Origin: an uncultured delta proteobacterium
GTDB lineage: Bacteria > Desulfobacterota > Binatia > Binatales > Binataceae
Reading direction: 5' to 3'
Length of the DNA stretch: 64,000 nt
Assembly: GCA_963721485.1 (NCBI GenBank)
Contig: CAVRJV010000014.1
Span: forward strand, 72,443-136,442
The notes beneath the pieces were generated by a model, which made no database searches, was not told the origin of the DNA, and saw only the letters and a program-made list of their open reading frames with translations. The translations under genes and the position numbers were made by a program. This document shows positions 11,384-20,889 of this stretch, in pieces (position 1 is the first letter of the stretch; every line of letters begins with the position of its first letter).

Positions 11384-12970
11384 ATGCCGAAGCTTACTAT
11401 CGACGGCAAGGAAGTTGAGGCTGGCGCCAACCTGAACGTAATTCAGGCGGCCGAACTCGTCGGCGTCGAGATTCCGCACTACTGCTACCATCCCGGCCTG
11501 ACCATCGTCGGCAACTGCCGGATGTGCCTGGTCGAAATCGAAAAAGCGCCCAAGCTGCAAATCGCCTGCAACACGCGCGTCGCCGAGGGGATGGTCGTCC
11601 ACACCAAGAGCGACAAGGCCAAGGCTGCGCAGAAGGCGGTGCTCGAATTTCTGCTGATCAACCATCCGATCGATTGTCCGGTTTGCGATCAGGCCGGCGA
11701 GTGCAAGCTGCAAGACTACTACATGGATTACGATCAGCAGCCGTCGCGCTTTCCTCTGCCCGAGAAAAACCGCAAGGGCAAGGCGATCGACATCGGCTCG
11801 GGCGTGATGCTCGATCAGGAGCGATGCATCCTGTGCGCGCGATGCACGCGCTTCTTCGACGAAGTGACCAAGACTTCGGAGCTCGCGATTTTCGAGCGCG
11901 GCGATCACAACCGCATCGACATCAATCCCGGCCAGCCGGTCAACAATAAGTATGCGGGCAACGTCGTCGACATCTGTCCGGTCGGCGCGCTCACCGAAAA
12001 AGAATTCCGCTTCCGGATGCGCGTGTGGTACCTGCATCGCACGGCGTCGGTCTGCGGCGGATGCGAGCGCGGATGCGCGATCGACATCCATCACCATCGC
12101 GGACGCATCTACCGCTTCAAGCCGCGCTACAACCCGACCGTCAACAGCTACTGGATGTGCGACGAGGGCCGTCACAGCTTTCCCGCACTGCAGAACGAGA
12201 CGCGGCTCACTTCGCCGCTCGTGCAGGCGAAGGATCAGCTCGTGGTCGAGCCGTGGGGCGAAGGCGTGCGGCGCGCGGCGTCGATAATCGCGGACTACAA
12301 GCGCAGTTACGGCCCCAACTCGATCGCGGCGGTCATCGACGCCACCTCCACTAACGAGGAGGCGTTCGCGCTCAAGCAGTTCATGAAGAGCGCGATCGGA
12401 TCGGACAGAATCGCGACGCTCAGCTGGTCGCCGCCGGGCGTCAGCGGCGATGACGACCTACTGATCCGAGCCAACAAGAATCCCAACACGCGCGGACTCG
12501 CAGCGCTTGGTCTTTCAGCCGACGGACTCGACGGTCTCGCGTCGGCGGTCGCGTCAGGCGAGCTCAAGATGCTCATTTCCTTCCGCGCCGACCTGGTTCG
12601 CGCAATCGGTGAAGAAGAATTCGTCCGGCGCTTCGGCGCGCTCGACTACCTGCTCGTGCTATCGACCGACGCCAACGAGACTTGCCAGATGGCCAACCAG
12701 GTGTGGCCAATCGCAGCGTATCCGGAAATCGACGGCAGCTTCACGAACTTCCAGGGCCGCGTGCAGCTAATCCAGGCCGCGTTCCCGCCGCCGGGAAACG
12801 CAATCGCCGGCATCGAGGCAATCGCGCGGCTAGGCCACGCCCTCGACGGCATCGATCGTCCGCATACAGCGGGCGCCGTCTTCGCCGCGATGTCCATCGC
12901 CGAGCCCGCCTTCAAAAGCCTCAGCCTGGCAACCCTCGGCGAGCACGGCGCCGATCTGGCCGCCAGCTAA
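11384..12970 (+). CDS. nuoG: NADH-quinone oxidoreductase subunit G (short, 528 aa)
   Basis: IPHYCYHPGL, GNCRMCLVE, HPIDCPVCDQAGECKLQD, CILCARCTRF, CGGCERGC. Confidence 0.93.
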   Translation: MPKLTIDGKEVEAGANLNVIQAAELVGVEIPHYCYHPGLTIVGNCRMCLVEIEKAPKLQIACNTRVAEGMVVHTKSDKAKAAQKAVLEFLLINHPIDCPVCDQAGECKLQDYYMDYDQQPSRFPLPEKNRKGKAIDIGSGVMLDQERCILCARCTRFFDEVTKTSELAIFERGDHNRIDINPGQPVNNKYAGNVVDICPVGALTEKEFRFRMRVWYLHRTASVCGGCERGCAIDIHHHRGRIYRFKPRYNPTVNSYWMCDEGRHSFPALQNETRLTSPLVQAKDQLVVEPWGEGVRRAASIIADYKRSYGPNSIAAVIDATSTNEEAFALKQFMKSAIGSDRIATLSWSPPGVSGDDDLLIRANKNPNTRGLAALGLSADGLDGLASAVASGELKMLISFRADLVRAIGEEEFVRRFGALDYLLVLSTDANETCQMANQVWPIAAYPEIDGSFTNFQGRVQLIQAAFPPPGNAIAGIEAIARLGHALDGIDRPHTAGAVFAAMSIAEPAFKSLSLATLGEHGADLAAS

Positions 12971-12997
12971 ACACGCTTTTCTGTCTGCGTCTGGGTT

Positions 12998-13020
12998 GCC
13001 CTCTCTAATCAGGGAGAGGC
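12998..13020. terminator. Imperfect hairpin between convergent genes
   Basis: GCCCTCTCT-aatc-AGGGAGAGGC between the nuoG stop and the convergent stop at 13026. Confidence 0.4.
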
Positions 13021-13025
13021 GAAGA

Positions 13026-13778
13026 TCAGCCAGCGTGGCAGTTGAAGCGGAAGCTCGATTTGCCATTTTTTATTTGCGCGATTCGACCTTTAATCTTTGG
13101 CGCGATCGGGACGGCTGGGAATGCGTCGACGAATGCTTGCAGTCCCGCGGCGGTCTTGTCGGCGTTCTCGCAGGTGCAGATTCCTGACGCCAGTTCCGAT
13201 TCGAGGCTGTCGATCTCGCCCTGCGCCTCGGCTGCGTAGTCGTCGGGATACATCGTGCGGAACGTCAGCCAGCCGCGGTAGAGATCGACCATCAGCTTGC
13301 CGTCGAAGCGCGTGCATCCCGATTCCTCGGTCTGCTGTTTGATGTAGGCCGGGAACGGGCCGTTGCCGTCGGGCTCAGTACGCGAGTAAATCGCGAAGAA
13401 GGCAACGTCCGCCCTGCTGCCCTGCTTGCGCGCGAGACTTTTGAAGTAATCGACACTCGGGCGTACGACGATAGGTTCCTGCCGCACGACCATGAATCCC
13501 TGCATCTCGCGCTGGACCTGCTGATACTGCGATTCGGTGAGTTCCGGAAGCAGCGCTTGCAGTTCGGGACTGGCCTTCATGCCGGCTTCGAAGACCGGCT
13601 CGATAGGACTCTTGCCGCGCGTGCTGCACAAGTCGTCCATCGCCGCCGAATAATCTCTCACCGACACGGGCATTTCAACATCGGCCGCGTTCGCCTGAAT
13701 CGCGAAGCATGCAATCGCAACGGCGATCGCAAATCGCGCGGATAGCAGGGCGGCAAATCGGTTGATCGAGACTTGCAA
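13026..13778 (-). CDS. Hypothetical secreted protein (several Cys)
   Basis: Signal peptide ...IAVAIACFAIQANA-AD followed by ~220 aa of globular sequence; start codon uncertain. Confidence 0.7.
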   Translation of the reverse strand: MQVSINRFAALLSARFAIAVAIACFAIQANAADVEMPVSVRDYSAAMDDLCSTRGKSPIEPVFEAGMKASPELQALLPELTESQYQQVQREMQGFMVVRQEPIVVRPSVDYFKSLARKQGSRADVAFFAIYSRTEPDGNGPFPAYIKQQTEESGCTRFDGKLMVDLYRGWLTFRTMYPDDYAAEAQGEIDSLESELASGICTCENADKTAAGLQAFVDAFPAVPIAPKIKGRIAQIKNGKSSFRFNCHAG

Positions 13779-13837
13779 GCGGCTTCGATCGCTAGCATCG
13801 CGATCGCATCGCGCGCAAGCATGGCCGCGCCAATACG

Positions 13838-14152
13838 CTATTCGGCCGCGGGGTGGAACACTATCTCGAGACGATCCATATAGTTGAGCAGTTGTCGCGC
13901 CAGCGTCGTTACCGCGCCGTCGTCGCGGGTCGCGGCGGCCTGCTCCAGACCGCGCCCCAGCTCGGTCATCAAGTCGAAGCCGTAGCTGCCACCTTCGCCC
14001 TTGATTCGATGCGCGATGTGGCTGATCTCGGCGTAGTCGCGGCGCGTGACGGCCTCGAAAATCGCGGCAACGTCGTCGCGCTTGTGCGCCAGGAATCCCG
14101 GGATCAGATCGCTGAGGTCCGGGTCCACTTCCACAATTACTCGGTCCGGCAT
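13838..14152 (-). CDS. Hpt phosphotransfer domain protein
   Basis: AHRIKGEGGSYGF Hpt His motif; overlaps the kinase stop. Confidence 0.9.
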   Translation of the reverse strand: MPDRVIVEVDPDLSDLIPGFLAHKRDDVAAIFEAVTRRDYAEISHIAHRIKGEGGSYGFDLMTELGRGLEQAAATRDDGAVTTLARQLLNYMDRLEIVFHPAAE

Positions 14153-17100
14153 GTTTCCTCCTTGAGAGTGGCAACGTTTTCCCGACCGTCATCCAGCGTG
14201 ATGTTTTCCACCGCATCGCGAATTGCTTCGAGCAGCGTGGCCTTTCTGACCGGCTTGGTTACGTGCGCGTCGCATCCCGCGACTTTCGTGCGAAGCATAG
14301 CGTCGTCGAGCGCCGACGCAGTTAACGCCAGGATGGGAGTGTGCGGGCGATTGTTCGCGCGCTCCCAGTCGCGAATCGCGGCGGTCGCTTCGTAACCGTC
14401 TATGTTCGGCATCTGGATATCCATCAGGACTACGTCGAATTTCCCGGCGACAAATTTGGCGATCGCCTGCCGGCCGTCTTCCGCTTCGTCGAGACGATAG
14501 GGGGTCTTCTTCAGGTACGCGCGAATCAAAGCGCGGTTGTCGTTGGAATCGTCGGCCAGGAGAATCTGCAGCGGACGATCGAGAACCGCGGATTGCGCCG
14601 ATGACAGTGCGATCGCCGGCCTCACCAACGGGTCGCTGCGCATCGGGACCGGTTCCCCCGCGCGCGCTCGCGCAACCGCCGCGAACAACTCCGCACGCCG
14701 CACCGGCTTGACGATATAGTTGTCGATCCCGATTGCGCGCAGGCGGGCAACTTCCAGCGCGAGGTCCCGGGTGCCAACCATCATCACGATTCGCGCATGC
14801 CCGGGTGCACCGCCCGTCAGGTATTCCGCGACTTCGAAGGATCCCGGCGCCGGCATCGCGCGGTCGAGCAGCACGACCTGGAAGTGCGAATCGCGCGCGC
14901 CGTCGCTGCGGAGTTCCGCGAGCGCACCGGCTGCCGACGAGGCCTGCGTCACATCCGCCCCGCGCGCCGTCAACAGGTCCGAGACAATCGAGCGGGCGTC
15001 GGCGCTGTCATCGATAAGCAGAACCCTCGTTCCGGCGAGTTCCCGGCCCGACGACTCCGATCGCGCCGGCGCGGCCGCAGCTGCGAATTGTGCGGTGAAC
15101 GAAAACGCGCTACCGGTTCCCGGCTCGCTCTCAACGGTAACCCGGCCGTGCATGAGCGCGACCAGCCGCGACACGATCGCCAGGCCAAGGCCGCTGCCGC
15201 CGTACTTGCGCGAGGTCGAAGAGTCGGCCTGGCTGAAAGGCTTGAACAGAAGGTGGCGTTTGTCGGCGGGAATTCCGATACCGGTGTCGGTCACCGTGAA
15301 TTTGAGTCCGACTGCCGACGATGCTGCCCGGGTCGAGTCCGGATCGCCCTCGACCGTCACCAGCACCTGTCCCTGATGCGTAAATTTGATCGCGTTGCCG
15401 ACCAGGTTGATCAGGATCTGGCTGAGCCGCAACGGATCGCCGAGAGCAAGCTCCGGGACTTCAGGCGCGAACCGCACCATCAGATCGAGGCCTTTCTCAT
15501 CCGCGCGGATCGCGAGGGTCTCGAGCACTTTCTCGGCCACGTCCCTGAGATTGAACTCGACCGCTTCGAGGCTGATACGGCCGCTCTCGACCTTGGCGAG
15601 ATCGAGGATGCTGTTGATCAGCGCCAGCAGCGCGTGCCCGTTGCTGATCACGGTGCTCAGGTATCTGCGCTGTTCGTCGCCCAGCTCGGTTTCCATCAAC
15701 AGGTCGGCCATCCCGAGGATCGAGTTCATCGGTGTGCGAATCTCGTGCGACATGCTCGACAGGAACTCCGACTTGGCGCGCGACGCGGCCAGCGCCGCCT
15801 CACGCGCGGCGACCAGCTCGCGCTGGGTCATCTTGATATCGGCGACCCCGCGCGAAATAGTCAGGCAGCAAACCTGCCCGTACAGGTCCAGATTTACCGC
15901 CGACAGCAGGACCGGCTGCTCCGAGCCGTCCTTCATGCGGAACGCCACCTCGAGGTTCCGGACCTCGTTGGTTCTGCCGAGCTGGTCGGCGAAGGCGATC
16001 ATCTCATCCGGATGAATCCACAAATTGAGATCGGCGAAATGGTGGCCGACGGCCTCTTCGCGCGAAAATCCGGTTGCATTAATGAATTGCTGGTTGACGT
16101 CCAGACAGGTTCCGTCGACTCCCGACAGCGTCATGCTGTCGAGGTTCGCGTCGAAAATCTTGCGCAGCGCCGCGAGACTGTCGCGCAGACGAATCTCGAC
16201 GCGCTTTATCTCGGTGATGTCCCGTGTCATCGAGATGACACACGGCTCGCCGTCAACTTCGACCACCGACGCCGAGATCAGGTTGGTCGATTCGGCGCCG
16301 TCCTTGCGCCGCTGCGTAATCTCCATGTTGTTGACGCGGCCGGTATCCCGAATGCAGTCGAGAAAGCGGCGCAACTCCGCGACGTGCGGCCACGTCCCGA
16401 GCGCAATCACGCTGGTCCCGAGCACGTCGTCGCGCGTGTAGCCAGCGACCTGGTACTTGTCGTTCACGGTAATGAAGCGGCCGTCGGCGAGGCAGTTGAT
16501 TGCGATGTTTTCCGGCGACGCGTCGAAGACTTTGCGCAGCATCGATTCGCTGGCCTGCAAGCGGGCATGATCGTGGTCGCGCGCCGCAGCGATTTCGGCG
16601 TGCAGCTTCATCTCGTGCCTGAGCAATCGATCGTTCTCCGCCAGCGCCGCGATCCGATCGGCGAGCCACTGCCGATAGCGCCCAGCGTGAATCGCCGTGG
16701 TTTGCGCCAACGCAAGCGCGCTGATGACGATGGTCCAGGCGACCGGGAGGCTCGTATCCGGCGTCGGCGTGCATAGCGAGTAGGCGGCCAATGCCAGCAT
16801 CCCGCTTGCTTCGAGCGCTGCCTGCCACAGTGGGTTCCAGGGGATCAACGCGCCCGCGCCGAAGAACACCATCAGGATCGACGCCACCAGCACGTCGCTG
16901 TCGCTGCTGAGCACCGCTATCCACGCCGTCATCGCCAGGCTCGACGAGCACAATGCCAGAGCGAACGGCCGCCAATGACGCATCGCGGCCGGCGATACGG
17001 TTGCGACTACCGCGATCAGACCGATCGCAATGCTCGCGATATGGACCGGCAACGCCGCCGCGAAACTGTGCGGATACGCATTGCGATCAAGCACCGTGTA

Positions 17101-17343
17101 AATGATCTGAAAGGCGAAGATCGCAAGGGAGCCTGCGCGCAACATCGGCGCGACCAGTTTGGGATTGTCACTGGCGTCGGCCGCGACTCTCGGGCGATCG
17201 CTCGCAGCGACGGCCGGCTTTACCTCGATGCCGAAGGTTGAGGCGGAGCAAGCTCCTGGGGCCAACGCAGCCGCACCGTTGACTGCGTGAAGCGAATCAC
17301 GTTTGCCAGCGTTCGCGGCGGACGATTCGGTGCGATAGTCCAC
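14137..17343 (-). CDS. Membrane hybrid histidine kinase: TM region, 2 PAS, HisKA, HATPase, 2 REC
   Basis: FLSSMSHEIRTPMN, NLVGNAIKFT, DTGIGI, GSGLGLAI, two receivers (LLDRAMP and LMDIQMP). Confidence 0.95.
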   Translation of the reverse strand: MDYRTESSAANAGKRDSLHAVNGAAALAPGACSASTFGIEVKPAVAASDRPRVAADASDNPKLVAPMLRAGSLAIFAFQIIYTVLDRNAYPHSFAAALPVHIASIAIGLIAVVATVSPAAMRHWRPFALALCSSSLAMTAWIAVLSSDSDVLVASILMVFFGAGALIPWNPLWQAALEASGMLALAAYSLCTPTPDTSLPVAWTIVISALALAQTTAIHAGRYRQWLADRIAALAENDRLLRHEMKLHAEIAAARDHDHARLQASESMLRKVFDASPENIAINCLADGRFITVNDKYQVAGYTRDDVLGTSVIALGTWPHVAELRRFLDCIRDTGRVNNMEITQRRKDGAESTNLISASVVEVDGEPCVISMTRDITEIKRVEIRLRDSLAALRKIFDANLDSMTLSGVDGTCLDVNQQFINATGFSREEAVGHHFADLNLWIHPDEMIAFADQLGRTNEVRNLEVAFRMKDGSEQPVLLSAVNLDLYGQVCCLTISRGVADIKMTQRELVAAREAALAASRAKSEFLSSMSHEIRTPMNSILGMADLLMETELGDEQRRYLSTVISNGHALLALINSILDLAKVESGRISLEAVEFNLRDVAEKVLETLAIRADEKGLDLMVRFAPEVPELALGDPLRLSQILINLVGNAIKFTHQGQVLVTVEGDPDSTRAASSAVGLKFTVTDTGIGIPADKRHLLFKPFSQADSSTSRKYGGSGLGLAIVSRLVALMHGRVTVESEPGTGSAFSFTAQFAAAAAPARSESSGRELAGTRVLLIDDSADARSIVSDLLTARGADVTQASSAAGALAELRSDGARDSHFQVVLLDRAMPAPGSFEVAEYLTGGAPGHARIVMMVGTRDLALEVARLRAIGIDNYIVKPVRRAELFAAVARARAGEPVPMRSDPLVRPAIALSSAQSAVLDRPLQILLADDSNDNRALIRAYLKKTPYRLDEAEDGRQAIAKFVAGKFDVVLMDIQMPNIDGYEATAAIRDWERANNRPHTPILALTASALDDAMLRTKVAGCDAHVTKPVRKATLLEAIRDAVENITLDDGRENVATLKEETCRTE

Positions 17344-17484
17344 GGCTCACAGGAAGCAAATCCAATGCCCTCACCGAGCATTGCAACGACTTGCTATCGC
17401 CGGCTGCCGTTGGCTTCGGTAGCCGAACCTTTACCGTGTCGCGAAGGATGTCCCAAAATGCATCGGGCCAATGCCGAAGTAGTC

Positions 17485-18642
17485 TCAGCCGCGCAGCGCC
17501 GCCTCGAAGTCTTCGATCAAGTCGTCGCTCGATTCGAGACCAACGGACAGACGCACCAGCCCGTCGCCGATTCCTGCCCGCGCGCGCTCAGCCGCCGACA
17601 TTCCTGAGTGCGAAGTCGTCGACGGGCGCGTGATCAGGGTCTCGACGCCGCCGAGGCTCGGCGCGCTGATTGGTATCGTCACGCGATCCATGAAACTCTG
17701 CGCCGCGTCGAGGCCGCCCTCCAACTCGAAACTCAGCACGCCGCCGAAGCCGTCGAACAGCTCGCATGCGCGGAGATGATTCGGGTGGCTTTCGAGTCCG
17801 GGATAGTTCACCCGCGCGACCGCGGCGTGCTGCTCGAGCCATCGCGCGATCTTGAGCGCGCTTTCGTTCTGATGGCGTACGCGCACGCCGAGCGTCTTCA
17901 TCCCGCGATGCAGCAGGAAGCATGCGTGCGGATCGAGCGTGCCGCCGAGATGGTTCAGCGTATGCGTGATGCTTTCGACCAGGTCCGCGCGCCCGATCAC
18001 TGCGCCCGCCACGATGTCGCTGTGGCCGTTGAGGTACTTGGTGCCGCTGTGAAGCGAGAGGTCGAAGCCGATTTCCGCGGGCCGAAAATTAATCGGGCTC
18101 GCGAAAGTATTGTCGATGATCGAGACGAGCCCGTTCTCGGCCGCGAAATCCACGGCCGCTTGCAAGTCGCTCACCTGCAGCAGCGGATTCGACATCGACT
18201 CGACGTAGATGGCCTTGGTGTTGGGACGAATCGCCTCGCGCCACGTGGCGGGCTCGTCGCCGTCGATGAAATCCACCGACAACCCCAGGCGCGGAAACTC
18301 CTCGACGAACAGATCGTGCGTGCCGCCATATACGCAGTCCTGCGCGAGCAGATGCCCACCGCCGGCCAGCACGGTGAGCAGCGCCGCCGATATCGCCGCC
18401 ATCCCGCTGCCCGCGACCAGCGCAGCCTCCGCATTCTCGAGCGCCGCCAGCTTGGCGTGCAGCACCGCGTGATTGGGCGTGTTGTTGAGCCGGATGTAGC
18501 GCAGGTCGTGGTAGTTGGTCTGCCCGGCGTACTCGAAGGTCGAGGATTGGAAGATCGGCATCGAGACCGCGCCGCCGATCAGCGGCTCCGGTTCGCCGGC
18601 ATGAATGAGCTTGGTGTCGAGTCCTTTGATAAGTCGGGCCAT
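17485..18642 (-). CDS. PLP-dependent Cys/Met metabolism enzyme (cystathionine gamma-synthase/lyase family)
   Basis: PIFQSSTF, GSGMAAI, DNTFASP, HSGTKYLNGHSD (PLP Lys), SLGGVETL, RLSVGLE. Confidence 0.93.
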   Translation of the reverse strand: MARLIKGLDTKLIHAGEPEPLIGGAVSMPIFQSSTFEYAGQTNYHDLRYIRLNNTPNHAVLHAKLAALENAEAALVAGSGMAAISAALLTVLAGGGHLLAQDCVYGGTHDLFVEEFPRLGLSVDFIDGDEPATWREAIRPNTKAIYVESMSNPLLQVSDLQAAVDFAAENGLVSIIDNTFASPINFRPAEIGFDLSLHSGTKYLNGHSDIVAGAVIGRADLVESITHTLNHLGGTLDPHACFLLHRGMKTLGVRVRHQNESALKIARWLEQHAAVARVNYPGLESHPNHLRACELFDGFGGVLSFELEGGLDAAQSFMDRVTIPISAPSLGGVETLITRPSTTSHSGMSAAERARAGIGDGLVRLSVGLESSDDLIEDFEAALRG

Positions 18643-18660
18643 GCGACGACATTTATCACT

Positions 18661-18685
18661 CGGCGCGTCAAGGAAAATAGGGCGC
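18661..18685 (-). repeat. Direct repeat A: displaced copy of the membrane-protein gene 3' end (APYFP-stop)
   Basis: cggcgcgtcaaggaaaatagggcgc vs cggtgcgtcagggaaaataggtcgc at 21372-21396, 22/25 identical. Confidence 0.75.
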
Positions 18686-19144
18686 CCGCTCGATTCGCGA
18701 CGGCAAGTCACGCTGTCAAACGTTGTTCTGAATTGAGATTTGGAGTTTGGTTGAGATATTTTCTTTTCTTCCGTTTCCGCAATCAGTTGAGAGCGGTCGA
18801 GTGAAGGAAAGCGGTGCGGGAGAGATCTGATCTGCGATCCGGCGTGTTCACGGGTGGGACGGAACGATGACGGCGAATTGGTGGAGTTCGGCTGCTGGTA
18901 GGGGAGTGGGCTGGTGGGTGTGAGAGGTGAAGTCATTCCGCATATTATGGCATGGCTGGGTGACAACGGTTGTCATGGCCGCTGCCGTACGGCCGAAGTC
19001 GGCTTGATCGCCTTCAGTAGGCGCAGGAGCAATTATTTTCATTTTTTATCTGTTCTTGGATGCGCGATTGCTTTGCCGCCTTCCGAATCGAAACCACTGT
19101 GGCTGCAACTGTCCCGGCGCCAGCGCGCTCGGTGTGCAATGCCG

Positions 19145-20242
19145 TCACGGCAACGGACGCTTCTTCATATCGTTGATCGCTTCCATCAGGTTGACGGTGT
19201 CGTTCACGTCCAGCGTATCGCCGCTGTAGCGAAGCTCAAGAAGCCCTTGCAGATTTGATGGGAGTTTTACTCCTTGCTTCACAATGAGGATAAAGCGACT
19301 CCCATATAGCGCCATGGCCGCACCTATCTCGATAAGAACATCGTCGTTGAGGACGATATGTTCGTTGCCCTCACTATCTACAAGGTGGCGCTCGTCCTCG
19401 ACATGAATGATAGCCGACCCGCACGACCGCATCTCTTCCATAACTTTGGAAGGAACCGGCTGGGAGACAGTCTGTATCTGAACAGATACCACCGCCTCCA
19501 ACTCGCCGAAGGCAAGCAGCTTCTTGACCGGTTCGATAAGCCCTTTGTTTTTGCCGTGGGTTATGAAGACTCTTCTGGCCCGGCCATCTACTACGGGCGC
19601 GGAAGGTAGGGCAGCACCGTTCTTTGTTGATGCGGTCGATTGTTCGTCAGTGTCCTTGTTCGATTCGGGTTCGGCCGGCTCGCTTCCATTCGAGTCGGGA
19701 GTTGTCGTACCGCTGAGGTCTACGTATTTGCGCCCCTTGATTTCTTGTAAGAATCCAACCGCTTCAGCGCCTTCGACTATAAGCTTCAGGACCTCGGCAG
19801 TTCGCTCTCGAGGCACACCGAACTCCATTAGAACATTCTCTCCAATTGAGTCCCTCGGCAGTGAAGCGTTGTCGTATTTCTTGAGAAACTCTCGGATCAC
19901 GCGTGGCCGCAGGAGTGCCTCGCGTTTTGCGGCCTTATCGTCTCCTTCGGTAGTTGGTCTGACTATTCGCATTCCCAGCGAGGAGATTGAGATGGTGTCG
20001 GCATTATAACCTCCTGTTGTTAACCCGTACGCTATCGATGCACCGGTCAACATCCTGAACCCACTGGAGGTCGGTTGTACCTCCAATGCTCTTGCGACTT
20101 GCAACGGCGCAGTCGGCTTGTATCCGTAGTTCTCTCCTATCGATGCGGGCACCCGAATCGCTCTCTTAAGTGAACAGCTCGGAATGTCCACTTGACTGAC
20201 ATACGTTCGCAACTTTTCTACTTTCTTCTTGTCCTTTGGCAT
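19145..20242 (-). CDS. TIR-like nucleotide-binding domain protein (CAP12/Pycsar TIR-like C-terminus) with a helical N-terminal domain
   Basis: RRVFITHGKN...LNDDVLIEIGAAMAL...KLPSNLQG matches the TIR-like family pattern; acidic disordered linker. Confidence 0.82.
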   Translation of the reverse strand: MPKDKKKVEKLRTYVSQVDIPSCSLKRAIRVPASIGENYGYKPTAPLQVARALEVQPTSSGFRMLTGASIAYGLTTGGYNADTISISSLGMRIVRPTTEGDDKAAKREALLRPRVIREFLKKYDNASLPRDSIGENVLMEFGVPRERTAEVLKLIVEGAEAVGFLQEIKGRKYVDLSGTTTPDSNGSEPAEPESNKDTDEQSTASTKNGAALPSAPVVDGRARRVFITHGKNKGLIEPVKKLLAFGELEAVVSVQIQTVSQPVPSKVMEEMRSCGSAIIHVEDERHLVDSEGNEHIVLNDDVLIEIGAAMALYGSRFILIVKQGVKLPSNLQGLLELRYSGDTLDVNDTVNLMEAINDMKKRPLP

Positions 20243-20287
20243 CTGCACTCCGCGGCAGTTTACCCGAATCGACTGCTAGTTCAGTCA

Positions 20288-20316
20288 AATGTAGTCGGAT
20301 TCTGACGCTTGCGCAA
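20288..20316 (-). promoter_or_regulatory. Putative sigma70 promoter of the TIR gene
   Basis: Minus strand TTGCGC-N17-TACATT, ~45 bp upstream of the ATG; TTGCGCAA palindrome overlaps the -35. Confidence 0.55.
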
Positions 20317-20831
20317 TAGGCTCTATTTCCGAGATAAATTAGGTCGCAAGAGCGACAATCCGTATCGCGTGAGGGTAAGTTGTGGCCCACCGTTTCGCAA
20401 TCGCCTACCCGTATCCGGTCGTCGGTGTACGCCGTAGAGATGCGAGCTTGAGCCGAGTCGGCTGGCGCGACTAAGCGCGGGATACACTTCATCAGGCCGA
20501 CCTCGGCGTCGCCCTGAGGACCCGTGTTTGAGACCTTTACGAAGTCCCTCCACTTACGCTTCAAACAGTACAACTCAAACACTAGGGTGAAGTCGCGCTT
20601 TGCTTTCGGTGCAACATTGGGGTATCTGGTGCCGCAACGGTACCTTTGGTTTGTGCTCAGCGTAGTCCAAAAGTCGCAAGAGGTGCTGATCCCGAGCAGA
20701 AGAAATGAGAGTAGTCCGGATTCGTTGTTCCCCTCTTCGACCCCGGTTGAACCGCGATACGGATTTCCATTGTTGAACGCGATCTGATCCTCGCTTTGCT
20801 TCAGTCGCGCAACAAATCGAGGAGCAAGAGT

Positions 20832-20860
20832 TTGCCGGCCGTCAATAAATCTGTTAACTT
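20832..20860 (+). promoter_or_regulatory. Putative sigma70 promoter with extended -10 for the small secreted protein
   Basis: TTGCCG-N17-TAACTT with upstream TG; RBS GGAGGA at 20879. Confidence 0.55.
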
Positions 20861-20889
20861 CCAGTGAAATTCGCATTTGGAGGATATCG

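Noticed and set aside
14797-16776. Long plus-strand ORFs opposite the kinase, and similar shadow ORFs elsewhere
   Set aside because: Antisense shadows typical of high-GC coding DNA
18643-19140. SAM riboswitch upstream of the Cys/Met enzyme
   Set aside because: No SAM-I/II consensus seen on the minus strand
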